A stretch of 64,000 bases of DNA from Eledone cirrhosa (GCA_964016885.1 OZ024755.1:3038001-3102000), one strand, 5' to 3'; positions 27,662 through 40,906 are shown, numbered from the stretch's first letter. Notes: generated by a model not told the origin, from the sequence alone. Numbers and translations are program-made.

Positions 27662-29200
27662 TTTTTTTTTTTGTTCACGCCGAGCAAGGCCATAAAGCCA
27701 CTAAAATACAAGGGTTTACTGAGAAGGGAGGACATAATGACAAGCAAGGCCATAAAGCCACTAAAATGCAAGGGTTTGCTGAGAAGGGAGAACATAATGC
27801 CAAGCAAGGCCATAAAGCCACTAAAATGCAAGGGTTTGCTGAGAAGGGAGAACAAGACAGAGAGAACATAATCCCAAGCAAGGCCATAAAGCCACTAAAA
27901 TGCAAGGGGTTACTGAGAAGGGAGAACATAATGCCAAGCAAGGCCATAAAGCCACTAAAATGCAAGGGTTTGCTGAGAAGGGAGAACAAGACAAAGAGAA
28001 CATAATCCCAAGCAAGGCCACAAAGCCACTAAACTGCAAGGGGCTGCTGAGAAGGGGTGACATAATTCAAGGAAGGAATAGATGACAATTGGTAGTGTTT
28101 TTCAATTGTTTCAAATTGTAGTTAGTGGTCAGGAAAGGCAGAAGCTGAAAGAGAATTCTATAGGCCAGATGTGGAAGGGAAGCAACTATCAGAATAGAAT
28201 TTGTGTTTATATTTAGGCATTTCAGCCATAAATGAATACGAACTAGCCACCAACCCTGTACTCTGTTTAAACTTGTGAATACGACGTAACAAAAAAGAAA
28301 CCTTATCAGGAAAAGATTTCATAACTCTACAATAAACTTATCATATTCCAATATACACAATCTTAAACATAGAACAAATATGTATAATAGCTCTCCATAT
28401 ACGCACCGGATACCTGAAAATATAAGGCCTTTTTTCAAAGGCCCTTTTCCACTTTTCCAAAAGCCCTTTCCCTCATCGACTCGTGTTAAATATTCTTATG
28501 TAAAATGTAATGGGAATAGTGGTAAGAATGTTAATGTTTCTGAGGTAATTGGCTGCACTTCCAATGAACGAGTTTGTATCTAGAAACCTGGATCTTACAA
28601 CTGATCCGGGAGACCTGTTGCAGGATCCCGTAATATTGTTCTGATATACGAATCGAAAATGGTCAACATGCCTAGGCCCATGTGTAGGCCCTACTGTAGC
28701 AATATGTTCTCAACCCCACTTTTTAATACCTTTTAATTACTTTTGGTTATTTATTTCCCACAGAAGGTTAACAGCCTCGTAAACAACATAATATACATGT
28801 GTAAACTACCAATTAGGGATAAATCTCGGATATATTGACGCTACCACTGACCATTATTTTTAAAATAGGATTTTACTCGCATTCACACTCTTTTAGAAAC
28901 ATTAATTATTTTATTTACGTAACATTACATGATATTAGTATGGATAGTTGGATGGCTTTTATTGGAATCATAAGGTTCGGAATCACACTGGGACCAGTGG
29001 TTTCATCCTATCAGAAATCCTCGGAACATTCGATTATCAGAATGAAACCTCAATAACTATTCTTTACTCTACAAACGTATTGAATTCTCCCATTCTTAGA
29101 GCTTCCATTACATCTTATATACTAATTACTTTTGTGTTTGTTAAACTCTTCAAAAGGATGCATATAGTCATTAATGGCACACAATAACGACATTCTATGT
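27662..29200 (-). mobile_element. Heavily decayed CR1-clade LINE (3' end clear, endonuclease remnant weak)
   Basis: Poly(A) at 27662-27672, preceded on the minus strand by AGTGGCTTTATGGCCTTGCTCGGCGTGAAC, a CR1-like 3' end. At about 28090-28190 the minus strand gives FPSTSGL*NSLSASAFP..YNLKQLK (one frameshift), similar to the CR1 ORF2 end FFP.T..LWNSLP...FP..YNL..FK. LRMGEFN at about 29080-29100 resembles the AP-endonuclease motif MGDFN. The interior may be a mosaic. Confidence 0.65.
27681..28067. repeat. Six tandem 60/74-bp copies of the LINE terminal 3' UTR segment
   Basis: Units start at 27681, 27741, 27801, 27875, 27935 and 28009, with core CAAGCAAGGCCATAAAGCCACTAAAATGCAAGGGTTTGCTGAGAAGGGAG. 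Confidence 0.95.
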
Positions 29201-29692
29201 TTCGTTCTTCATTCAAAATTAGATTAACTTCTTTCCTACTGTTAGCTTGTTACATAATTATATTTCACTCACCATGACACTTCCCTTTTTGGTAGTGTTG
29301 TTATTGTTGTTCCTTTAACATAATAACACCATTGTTTTCCTTTATCTTGCTCTTCAATGTTAAAGGTAATTCGGGTTCAATACAAATGATAAAGAGAAAA
29401 TGAAATTTAGTTAAAATTAATAATTGTATATTGTATGCATGTTTGTAAAGTCTTCCTTCCATCGTCTTCAGGTGTGTTTTTACATGAATATGTCAAATGG
29501 ATAGCGTCATTGTTTATACATGTATGAATGTATTTTATTTGTGTATTAATTTATGTATATTTATATATACATATATTTGTGTATATATCCATATACACAT
29601 GTATATATAAATATATATATATATTTATATATATGTATATATTAACATATGTATATTTATGTATACATATATATATATAAACATATGTATAC

Positions 29693-29730
<38 letters not shown>

Positions 29731-30083
29731 ATATGTATATTAATAGTGAATTCAAACTGGTGTTCGTCAAAACTGTGGGCAGGAGGCATAAAATATGTTA
29801 TTGAAATGAAGTGTGACTAGAGACACCTGTATTTATACTCTCTATATATACCTTCACTCTATATACACACTGGATACTTTCACTCCTTCACTCTATATAC
29901 ACACTGGATACTTTTGCTCTATCAAGATAGATCCCTTCTTTAAATTCTTTGGAGCAAACGTCTTTTGTGCTGAGTGATGTTTCTCCTTAATTAGCAGTAA
30001 ATTGACATCTGACTTGCTATTCTTCTACTACATGATTAAGCAGATTGTCCGTCCCCATATAGCTGCTATTTTATTTTAGATAT

Positions 30084-30300
30084 TTAACCCTTTAGCATTT
30101 ACATTACTCTATATATACTGTTATATTTTCACGGTAATGGCTTTATCTCATATTATATCGAATCTATGAGATTTTTAATATTATTTATTTTGCGAACAAT
30201 ACCTTAACATCAGTATAAGTGGCTGGTTACAGCCAGTTTGAACAGAAAGAAGTGAGAGAATTTTGGTCGGATACGGCCGGTTTAAATGCTAAAAGGTTAA
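30084..30300 (+). mobile_element. piggyBac-type MITE
   Basis: TTAA|CCCTTTAGCATTTA ... TAAATGCTAAAAGG|TTAA: terminal inverted repeats with CCC termini and TTAA target duplication. A second, inverted copy is at 55144-55370. Strand is arbitrary. Confidence 0.85.
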
Positions 30301-30934
30301 GTGACACCGTCAAAGATCCTTTGTTAGCACATGGTAGTAGTGGTAGTAGTAGTAGTGGTGGTGGTGGTGGTAATAGTAGTGGTGGTGGTGGTGGTAATAG
30401 TAGTGGTAGTGGTGGTAGTAGTAGTAGTGGTAGTAGTGGTGGTAGTAGTAGTATCATGGAAGAATAGTCCCCGTAACCATCGTAATGATATTAATTATAG
30501 GGGTTGAGCTATTCATAATTTTGTTTAATGACATGTTGGATGCGTTCGAAGGTTTTTCCATTCATGCGCAACTGGTTGTTGATTTGTTTTTTTTTTGTGT
30601 AGTTATTTTGTTGCTGTTGTTGTTTTTTCTTGCATTCATTTCCTGCAGTCACGGTGTCAAACTCCACCCAATAATCTCAGTGGTTTATCCAATGTGTACC
30701 AGCAAAATACTGGGGTAGAGAATAACGACAATACTTCTCAGCACGAGTCAAACATTGAACGCATGCCGAGACAAAAAATAAATTAGTTTTATGTATTCCA
30801 TTTGTGTAAATCTCCACTTTCAAGTTATACCCTGTTTCTGTAATATACCCTGTTTCTCCAATGCCCTTATAGCAAATAAAAACTCAGTAGTAGCATTGGT
30901 AGTTGTAAGAGTCGTCCTAGATTGGCCCTTTATG

Positions 30935-31080
30935 ATCTGAGTTCAAATCCCGCCGAGGTTAATTTTGCCTTTCATCCTTACAGGGTCGATATAATAAAGT
31001 ACCAGTAATGCACTGGGGTCGATTTAATCGACTTTCCCCTCCCCTAAAATTGCTGGACTTGTACCTATATAAGAAGCCAT
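30935..31080 (+). mobile_element. SINE family A copy (5'-truncated, full 3' part)
   Basis: CTGAGTTCAAATCCCGCCGAGGTTAATTTTGCCTTTCATCCTTACAGGGTCGAT...GTACCAGTAATGCACTGGGGTCGATTTAATCGACT...AAATTGCTGGACTTGT. Confidence 0.88.
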
Positions 31081-31111
31081 TATTATTATTGTTGTTGTTG
31101 TTGTTGTTGTT

Positions 31112-31335
31112 GCGAGGGTAATGGATTGGCTGCGTCGGTAGAGCGTCGGACAACATGCTTCAGTTACGTCTCTTTATGTTCTGCGTTCAAACTCCAGCCA
31201 GGTAAACTTTGCCTTTCATCCTTACGGGATCGATAAAATAAAGTACCAGTAACGCACTGGAGGGGGGGGGGGGGGATTTAATCGACCCCCCCCCTTCAAC
31301 TTGTTGGCCATGTGCCTAAATCCGAATCCATTATT
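31112..31335 (+). mobile_element. SINE family A copy, tandem to the previous one
   Basis: TGGCTGCGTCGGTAGAGCGTCGGAC...GTTCAAACTCC...TTTGCCTTTCATCCTTACGGGATCGATAAAATAAAGTACCAGT. Confidence 0.85.
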
Positions 31336-33249
31336 ATTCTTATTCTTATTCTTGTTGTTGTTTATAATGCCATGGTTAATCTTCTTGATCTTGTTGTTAC
31401 TGTCCTTTTTTTTTTAATTTGTCACTTTTTTTATGTTATTCTTGTACTTGACACAGCTCTGCTTTCAGCTTTTTTGTTTTTCTTTGTTGTTGTAATTTTT
31501 TTTTAAGTTATTTTTTTTTTTTCTAATATTATAAATTCCATTTTACCATTGAAAGAAAAACAATAACAAATTGAATTACAATTCATATTTTTCTATTTTA
31601 TAATTATTTCTGGGTTTTTTTTCTCCCCCCCCCCCCCTTTCCCCCGCCATCCATGAAAAAATAATAATAAACTCTAGTGATAGCTTTAGCGAGACAATAA
31701 AAATAAAATAAATTTTTTTTTCAAAAAAAAATATTGATAAAATAAATAAATAAATAATAATAATAATAATAATGGAAAAAATAATGCAATTAGTATGCTA
31801 TTTTAATTCAAACTAATTTAATTTAATATAATTTAATTAAATATTGCTTTGTTGTTTCTATTTCATTTTGTGTCAGCGAGGCATTAGAAAAAAATTATTA
31901 TAATTGTTATCCTTATTGGTAGAGTAATTGTTATTGTTAAAATTATCATTATTATTATTAATATTATCAAAAATGCAATTGTATTGTTGTTGTAACCATT
32001 ATTATTGTTGTTGTTGCTATCATTATTATTATAGCCATTATTATTAATATTATTATTACTATTATTATTATTATTATCGCTCATTCGACAAATACGATTC
32101 CATGTCAGAACTTCGTAGCCTTTGGATAACATTTTTGAAAGGAATTTTAAAAGAATAATGAAAATAAGATTTGGTTTTATATTATTATTATTATTATTTT
32201 TGTCATTCAGTTGACGCCATTTTGTGTAGGAAAACAAGACTTCACTTAACCAATGACTCATAACTTTGAGTAAAGTTTGATTTTGCATTTGTTGCTATTT
32301 ATCTTTGCTACTGTTGCTACAGCTATTGTACTTGATATGGAGATATGCTGTGTTCTTCTCTGCTCGCCTGCTACTACTTCCTTTCAGTCTACTTCTTCTT
32401 TTCCTTCTTGTTTGTACGCGCCTCCATTGCTTCATATTTTTCTTATTTTTCTTCGTCTTTTTCTTCGTCTTTTTCTTCGTCTTTTTCTTCTTTTTCTTCG
32501 TCTTTTTCTTCTTTTTCTTCGTCTTTTTCTTTGTCTTCTTTTTCTTCTTCTTTTTCTTCTTCTTTTCCGTCGTATTTTCCTTCGTCGTCTACTACTACCA
32601 TCACCACAACTTTGTTCTACCACTACCCTATTACTACTACTACTACAATTTATCTTTATTGCTGATGATGATGATCATGATGATATTGTGGATAAGGATG
32701 GACATACGTTTCCGCGAATAGTCGGTCAATTTGATTGGCTAATATTGAACATACTACGCCAGAGGACAAAAAAATGGCAGCCGCCTGTAATTAAAGAAAA
32801 AGCAAGTTAACCGATGTTCTTCTCCGCAGAACGGAAATTGGTTCCTTGATTGAATTCTGGTAGGAGAAAAATACACAAAATTTCTGTAGTGAGACTTCAC
32901 CAGGCTCTTTCGATCTCGTATTAAGTTTTTAAAAAAATAATGTTGATAATGGCACTTAACAACCTGGATTATTTAATAAGGCTTTAAATAGAAATATTTC
33001 TAAAATCTGCACATGTGTATATATTTGTATGTAGGCATGTAGGCATGTAAGTATGTATGTAGATGTGTGTGTATATTTTGTATACATATTGTATGTATAT
33101 TGATAGATAGGCAAATATATATATACTTAATATTTAAATGTGTGTGGATATTTATACAAATATATATATATATACACATATATCCTCATACTCATCCAAA
33201 CATGCATATATATATTGTAAATATATGATATATATATATATATATATTC

Positions 33250-33428
33250 CAGGGTGAGCTGAAAAGTTCATAGGCTGACCAAGATACTCTCATGGAATGA
33301 TCAAATGAGGTTTATTTTTTAAACAGTCTCTGGAAAGCAACGATGCAGATATGAAGAGTTGAAATTAATACATGCAAGATTTCACAGCTTTAGCATCAAT
33401 CCTAGTCAGCCTATTTCAGACGACACGA
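33250..33428. mobile_element. Internally deleted mariner (Tc1/mariner) element
   Basis: Left TIR GGGTGAGCTGAAAAGTTCATAGGCTGAC and a partly deleted right TIR GTCAGCCTAT[---]TTCAG, inserted in a TA tract. Confidence 0.65.
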
Positions 33429-33456
33429 CGCTGGTATATATATATACATATATATA

Positions 33457-33572
33457 TAATAGGAACAAGTATGAACCCGACGGCAGAGCTCAAGCCGTCG
33501 AAACGGCTTGAGCTCTGCCGTCGGGGTCATACTTGTTCCTATTACCCACTCTACTACCCTAAGTATTGAGTA
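33457..33572. mobile_element. Hairpin element in (TA)n, family H, copy 1
   Basis: Stem of about 42 bp with one mismatch around a CGAA loop (33499-33502), plus a tail ACCCACTCTACTACCCTAAGTATTGAGTA. Confidence 0.8.
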
Positions 33573-33747
33573 TATATATATATATATAGCCTGTTTTAAA
33601 ATAAGTATTTAGCTATAAGTATTGAGTCCTTCCTTCAGTTAATATTTGATGTTTAACACCTTAAGAATACGTCATCATTATATACGTATATATATATGTA
33701 TATTTATGTATGTATATATATGTATATATATATATGTATATATATAT

Positions 33748-33902
33748 AACGAAGGAAATGTGGTAAGGAACCAGATGGACCATAACGCACCAAAGTACTC
33801 AACACTTAGGGTAGTAGAGTGGGTAATAGGAACGAGTAGGACCCCGACGGCTAATTCTGGACCGAAACGGCTTGAGCTCAGCCGTCGGGTCCTACTCGTT
33901 CC

Positions 33903-33905
<3 letters not shown>
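33748..33905. mobile_element. Hairpin element in (TA)n, family H, copy 2 (inverted relative to copy 1)
   Basis: TACTCAACACTTAGGGTAGTAGAGTGGGTAATAGGAACGAGTAGGACCCCGACGGC...GCCGTCGGGTCCTACTCGTTCCTAT. Confidence 0.8.
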
Positions 33906-33935
<30 letters not shown>

Positions 33936-33937
<2 letters not shown>

Positions 33938-34170
33938 TAGATGTACCCGGTGTTGCTCGGGAAATAAATGACAGCCTGAATTGTTCAAGGCAGTTTATGG
34001 CTCAGCTAACAATTTCTGAGTGCATGTCAGCTAATGTCAGCTGATTGGCTAGCCAATGAGAGGTCGCCTCAATAGCACGTGCCAAATCGGCCTAGTACTT
34101 CAAAAGTTAAAAGGAGCCTAGTATTTGTACAGACAGACAGACAGACAGACCGACTTGCTTATATATATAT
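33936..34170 (+). mobile_element. Non-autonomous Helitron-like element (Lep1/HINE-like architecture)
   Basis: Starts ACTAG-ATGTA-CCCGGTGTTGCTCGGG (terminal CTAG plus a GC hairpin) and ends with (ACAG)n followed by a short TTATATATAT terminus. Confidence 0.65.
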
Positions 34171-34451
34171 AACATACACACACACATTTAAATCATATAC
34201 TGTCAAACAAATGTATGTGTGTGTGTGTGTGTGCGTATGTATGTATATATGTATTTATGCTCGTGTGTATGTGTTTGTATGTATGTATGTTTATTTTGTT
34301 TTTATGTATGTATTTATATATATATATATCTGTATTAATGAATACATGCATCTCTGTCTGTCTGTATGTGTGTGTATGTATGTATGCATGCATGTATGTT
34401 TGTATGTATTCATACGTTGTATCTATGCATGTTTGTACGTATGCTTGCATG

Positions 34452-34486
<35 letters not shown>

Positions 34487-34995
34487 ATGTATGCATGCTT
34501 GTTTGTATGCTTACATGTATGTATATGTGTATATGTATACATGTTTCTACGTACGCTTGCATATACGTATATCTGTGTATATGTGTGTGTATGCATGTTT
34601 CTACGTATACTTGATGTATGTATATATGTGTATATGTTCTGCATGTTTGTATATATGAATGTTTGTACGTATGCTTGCATGCATGCATATGTATACATGT
34701 ACATGTATATATATATATGTATGTATGCATGCATTGATGTGCATGTTGTATAGACGATATAAAGGCATTAGTGTGATAATATCAGGAACGCCAAACATTG
34801 CCAGGTGGGGGGTGGGGGGTGTAGGTAAACAGAATCAGTTCCCACCTCGACTCTCTTATATTTGTCTTTGTGTGAGAATCTCTGTAAAAAGCTTTAATCG
34901 AATTACATCTATTCGCCGTATTAGATTAAAGCTTAGAATGTTGGTGTCGAATTCAACAGGCGTTGGCAGCTGGTACAGAACCAACACTGTGTAGG

Positions 34996-35058
<63 letters not shown>

Positions 35059-35089
35059 GAGAGAGAGAGCTATTTATATATATATATAT

Positions 35090-35218
35090 ATGCGTATATA
35101 TACACACACACACACATTCTATGGATGCGTGCGATTGCTGTTACATTTGTGTATATGTGTGTATATGAATATATATATATATATATGAGAGAAACAGATA
35201 TGTAGATATATATATATG

Positions 35219-35313
<95 letters not shown>

Positions 35314-35599
35314 GTATATATATATGCGTATATATACACATACATTCTATGGATGCGGGCGATTGCTGTTACATTTGTGAATATGTGTATGTATGTATGT
35401 ATATATATATATATATATATATATGCGTATATATACACATACATTCTATGGATGCGGGCGATTGCTGTTACATTTGTGAATATGTGTATGTATGTATATA
35501 TATATGTATATATATATATATATATATATGCGTATATATACACATACATTCTATGGATGCGGGCGATTGCTGTTACATTTGTGAATATGTGTATGTATG

Positions 35600-35605
<6 letters not shown>
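35090..35605. repeat. Four copies of a roughly 50-bp unique unit separated by variable (TA)n
   Basis: CATTCTATGGATGCG(G/T)GCGATTGCTGTTACATTTGTG at about 35115, 35343, 35440 and 35547. Confidence 0.9.
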
Positions 35606-35642
<37 letters not shown>

Positions 35643-36139
35643 GAGATGCGAATGAAAAAGAGACATTCATAAAGTGATAACAATTTTAGTCGTCTTAAAT
35701 GGCTGGATGTGTGTGTGTGTGTGTCTGTGTGTGTGTGTATATATGTATATGTGTGTGCGAGTGTGTGGAAATGTTTTACTGTTTAGACATTTGCTTGTAT
35801 ACAGTAGAAGTTATGTGTAAATATTTACCTATGTAGACAACTCCGTTATATATATGTTTATATTTGAATATATATATATGTAGGCATTATATATATATAT
35901 GTGTATGTATAATATATATATATATATATACATAGTGAGAGAGACAGATATTTATACATGGGTGTGCTTGTGTGTGCTTTTTTTTTCCAACACGTATATT
36001 CATAATGTATTATGCTTACTAAAAAAATTACTTTCAACGGAATCCATGAGTAAATCTAGATTTGTATTTCTTTCTTTATTGTTTTGTGTCTACAAAATAA
36101 TTTTTCATGAATGTAAATTTAAAATTCTACAAACAACCT

Positions 36140-36725
36140 TACATGTGTGTGTGTATATGTACATGTGTGTGTATATATGTGATGGTGTGAGTATATATGT
36201 ACATGTGTGTGTATATATATGTACATGTGTGTGTATATATGTGATGGTGTGAGTATATATGTACACGTGTGTGTGTATATATGTACTGTGTGTGTATATA
36301 TGTGATGGTGTGAGTATATATGTACACGTGTGTGTGTATATATGTACATGTGTGTGTATATATGTGATGGTGTGTGTATATATGTACATGTGTGTGTATA
36401 TATGTGATGGTGTGTGTATATATGTACATGTGTGTGTATATATGTGATGGTGTGTGTATATATGTACATGTGTGTGTATATATGTGATGGTGTGAGTATA
36501 TATGTACATGTGTGTGTATATATGTACATGTGTGTGTATATATGTGATGGTGTGAGTATATATGTACATGTGTGTGTGTATATATTACATGTGTGTATAT
36601 ATGTGATGGTGTGAGTATAAATGTACACGTGTGTGTATATATGTGATGGTGTGAGAATATATGTATATGTGTGTGTATATATGTGATGGTGTGAGTATAT
36701 ATGTACATGTGTGTGTGTATATGTG
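36140..36725. repeat. About 40-bp microsatellite-derived minisatellite
   Basis: Recurring GTGATGGTGTGAGTATATATGTACATGTGTGTGTATATAT. Confidence 0.9.
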
Positions 36726-37786
36726 ATTGTGCACATACAGATACTCATACATCTACACACACGGCCATTTACACACATACACAGATACGCATACATCTAC
36801 ACACATACACATACACATATACAGAAGGGAAAGATACTCATTTTTATCTCACAATCACATGCATACACATACAGATGCATACACACACACACACATACAC
36901 ACACACACACACACATACATATGCACACATACATACACACATACATACACACATACATACACACATACATATACACATACACACACATACACACACTCAC
37001 ACATACACACATACATATATACACACACATATGTACATATATACACACAGATGTATACATATACACACATAGATATATACACACGCATATACTTATATAC
37101 ACAGATGTATACATATATACACACATGTACATATATACACAGATGTATACATATATACACATATACATATATACACACATACATATATATACAGAGATGT
37201 ATACATATATACACACAGATGTATACATATATACACACATATATATATAGACACAGATGTATACATATTTACACACATATACATATATATACGCATATAC
37301 ATATATACACACATACATATATACACATACATATATACACACATACATATATACACACATACATATATACACACATACATATATACACACATACATATAT
37401 ACACACATACATATATACACACATGTACATATATACACACATGTACATATATATACACACACATGTACATATATACACACATGTACATATATACACACAT
37501 ACATATATACACACATGTACATATATACACACATACATATATACACACATACATATATACACACATACATATATACACACATACATATATACACACATAC
37601 ATATATACACACATACATATATACACACATATACATATATATACACACATATATATATACACACATATATACATACATTATCATATCCTCCTCTTTTTCT
37701 TCCGAAACTGTGATTTCTAGAACAATACATTTCAAAACGAGGTTCTTATTTTAGAAACATTTCGTAAAAAGCAGCTGCAGTGAGAA

Positions 37787-38428
37787 GTCATCGTCATCGT
37801 CATCACCATCACCATCGTCATAGTCATCGTCATAGTCATCACCATCGTCATCGTCATCACCATCACCATCGTCATAGTCATCGTCATAGTCATCACCATC
37901 ACCATCGTCATAGTCATCACCATCGTCATCACCATCACCATCGTCATCACCATCACCATCGTCATAGTCATCACCATCGTCATAGTCATCACCATCGTCA
38001 TCGTCATAGTCATCATCATCACCATCGTCATAGTCATCGTCATAGTCATCACCATCGTCATAGTCATCACCATCGTCATAGTCATCGTTATAGTCATCAT
38101 AGCCATCATCATCATCATAGTCGTAGTCATCATCATCAACATAGTCATCATCGTCATCATAGTCGTCATCATCACCACCATCATCATCGTCATAGTCATC
38201 ATCGTCATAGTCATCATCATCACCACCATCATCATAGTCATCATCATCATCATAGTCACCATCATCATCATTATCATCACCATCATCATCATCATCACTA
38301 TCATCACCATCATCACCATCATCATCATCATCATCACCTTGATCATCACCATCATCATCACCATTATGATCATCATCATCACCTTGATCATCATCATCAT
38401 CACCATCATTATGATCAACTTCATCATT
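37787..38428. repeat. (CAT)n-based compound trinucleotide repeat
   Basis: CAT/CAC/CGT/AGT mosaic that produces His-rich and Met-rich pseudo-ORFs. Confidence 0.92.
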
Positions 38429-38429
38429 G

Positions 38430-38545
38430 TACGGGTTTTTTAATAAATAAAGTACCAGTAATGCACTGGAGTCGATTAATTAACACTTTCTCCTCCTCCT
38501 CCCCCCAAATTGTTGGCCTTGTGCCTAAATCAGAAACCTATTTTT
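38430..38545 (+). mobile_element. SINE family A 3' fragment
   Basis: AATAAAGTACCAGTAATGCACTGGAGTCGATTAAT...CAAATTGTTGGCCTTGTGCCTAAATCAGAAAC. Confidence 0.75.
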
Positions 38546-39024
38546 TGTGGGAGGAAGTGACCCTTACTTCCACAGTTAGTGGAAGATATGAGCGGCTCTG
38601 GTGGGGTTCGATATCGGCAGACAGGATCGATACTCCTCTTGGGGACATTTAGATAAGGAATTATTAACAACTTCTAAACTTCCTTGGGCTTGACAGGGTC
38701 ACAGGGAGGGAGCGGGGCACATTACTAGTTTGTAAGGAGCCCTAGGATAGATAGATCTACGTTTGTGTATTTGTTGTGCAGGATTGTTGATGTGAAGTCC
38801 TGTGTTGAAACCGATATTGACGAACTCACCAATAACTAGTAATAAAGATAAAGTGAAAAAGTGAAATTCATGTTGTGAGTGTGTGATTTATTTTGACAAT
38901 ACTGGCAACATGACTATCGCCAGATATAACAATATTTATATGTAAATGTGTGTGTGTGGAGATATATATATAGTGTGTATGTGTAAATGTGTATGTATGT
39001 GTATATATATATGTGTATGTGTAA

Positions 39025-39078
<54 letters not shown>

Positions 39079-39675
39079 CAACCATTTATGTCTTGGTCAT
39101 ACTCCGCTATTTTCTTTTTCTCTCTCTTTCTCCCCCCCCCCCCACCTCCATCTCCCTCTCTCTCTCTCTCCCTCCATCTCCATCTCCCTCTCTCTCTCTC
39201 TCTCTCCCTCCCTCTCTCTGCTGCACGAGATTTTATAGAATCTATATCGGTTTCTTTTTAATTCTCTAAGAGGAAAGAAGAAAAATAAGTTTTCACAAAA
39301 TATTTATTAGTTTTTTTTTTCGTTTTCTTTCTTTCTTTCGTTTTTTTTTTCTTAGTTTTTTTATTTTATTGTTTTGATTTCCTTTCGTTTCATATTTGAA
39401 AAGCATTCACTTGATTTTCCCAACGATTCAGTCCCAATTCAATTAAATCGACAAATACCATGGTTATGGGTAGCAATCTAGTTTTGGGTGTATTTCTCTG
39501 GAGCAACACAATTTATTTGATATACTACGGCAGGAATACAACAAACACACATGTGGCAAATTGTCTTACACACATGTACACAAATGTACACACACACACA
39601 TGTGGCGGATTGTCTCTCACATGTAAATGTACACTCACACATATACACAAACACACGTGGCCAACAGCCTCACAT

Positions 39676-39727
<52 letters not shown>

Positions 39728-39795
39728 GGCGAATTGTCTCACACATCTAAATGCACACACACATATACACACATGTGTATGGCTGTGTGTATCTT

Positions 39796-39828
<33 letters not shown>

Positions 39829-40865
39829 ATGCATGTGCTTATATATATATGTATGTATGTATATGGGGAAGCGGACGTTAAACGATGTGTGTATGTATAT
39901 ATAATATATACACACACACACGTATGTGTATGATTTTGCGTGTCTTTATATGTTTGTGTGTGTGTATGCTTATATATATATATATATAAATGGACGTTAA
40001 ACGATATGTGTGTATGTATAACATACACACACACGTACACATACACACACACGTACACATACACACACACACATACACACACACGTACACACATGTACAC
40101 GCATAATTTGAGTTTCAATCCGAGGCAGTTCTGAAATCCTTGAGTGCTGGTTTCCATAGTTACTCCACTTAGTTTCGATATAGGAGGCAAATTATAACCT
40201 CCTAATCGATATTGTGTTCACCATTAATACTCTGATCGGAAAAATTGAAAGTGACTTGACATTACATTTCCATGCTTCTTGGTTGTATTAGTGAATATGT
40301 TCTGGTGGGGAGGGTCGTGATGTTGGTGAGGGTAGCGGGGATATTGGTGGGGGGACGGTGATGTTGTTGGTGAGGGGGGGGGGGGGGTTGTGAGGATATT
40401 AGTGTTGGTGAGTGTTGTGGTGGGGATGTTGATGTTTGTGGTGGTGGGGTGATGGTGGTTGTGATGAGGGTGGAGGTGAGGGTGGATATTTTTACCAAAT
40501 TTATACTGCAGCATATACATATATATATATATATTAAGAAAGAGATCAGTTTCAGTTAAACATATTCTGTGGTTATAATCACACGTAAGACGTGCTTTGC
40601 ACCTGATCAACATCATCCTTATTGGCTTACAATCAGCCATAGACTGGGATTCAAGACTCAGAGCTGGATATTTGCGAAACCCCCGTTACACGTGATTAGA
40701 AATAAAATATGTTGAACTTCGATCGCCTTCTAAAATATAAAACTAATAGTAAAGGGACGTCAGAGTTAATCCACAGGTTTTAACACGGAATATCTACTTC
40801 ATCTCTAAGCATGGAGTGGTGAAAAACATAGCAACAGTTGTAGTTTGTATTACTCAGCAACTGGC

Positions 40866-40906
<41 letters not shown>

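Noticed and set aside
22578-28562. Exact 14-mer TTGGCTGCACTTCC at 22578 and 28549, and 15-mer TTCAAAATGGCCGTC at about 45622 and 58796
   Set aside because: No extension of similarity on either side; compatible with chance.
33380-33420. Hammerhead-like CTGAA...AAAGCTG on the minus strand
   Set aside because: Better explained as the partly deleted right TIR and subterminal region of the mariner element.
37732-38652. His-rich 290 aa and Met-rich 231 aa ORFs
   Set aside because: They are translations of a (CAT)n mosaic running into a SINE fragment, with no signal peptide, domain or splice support.
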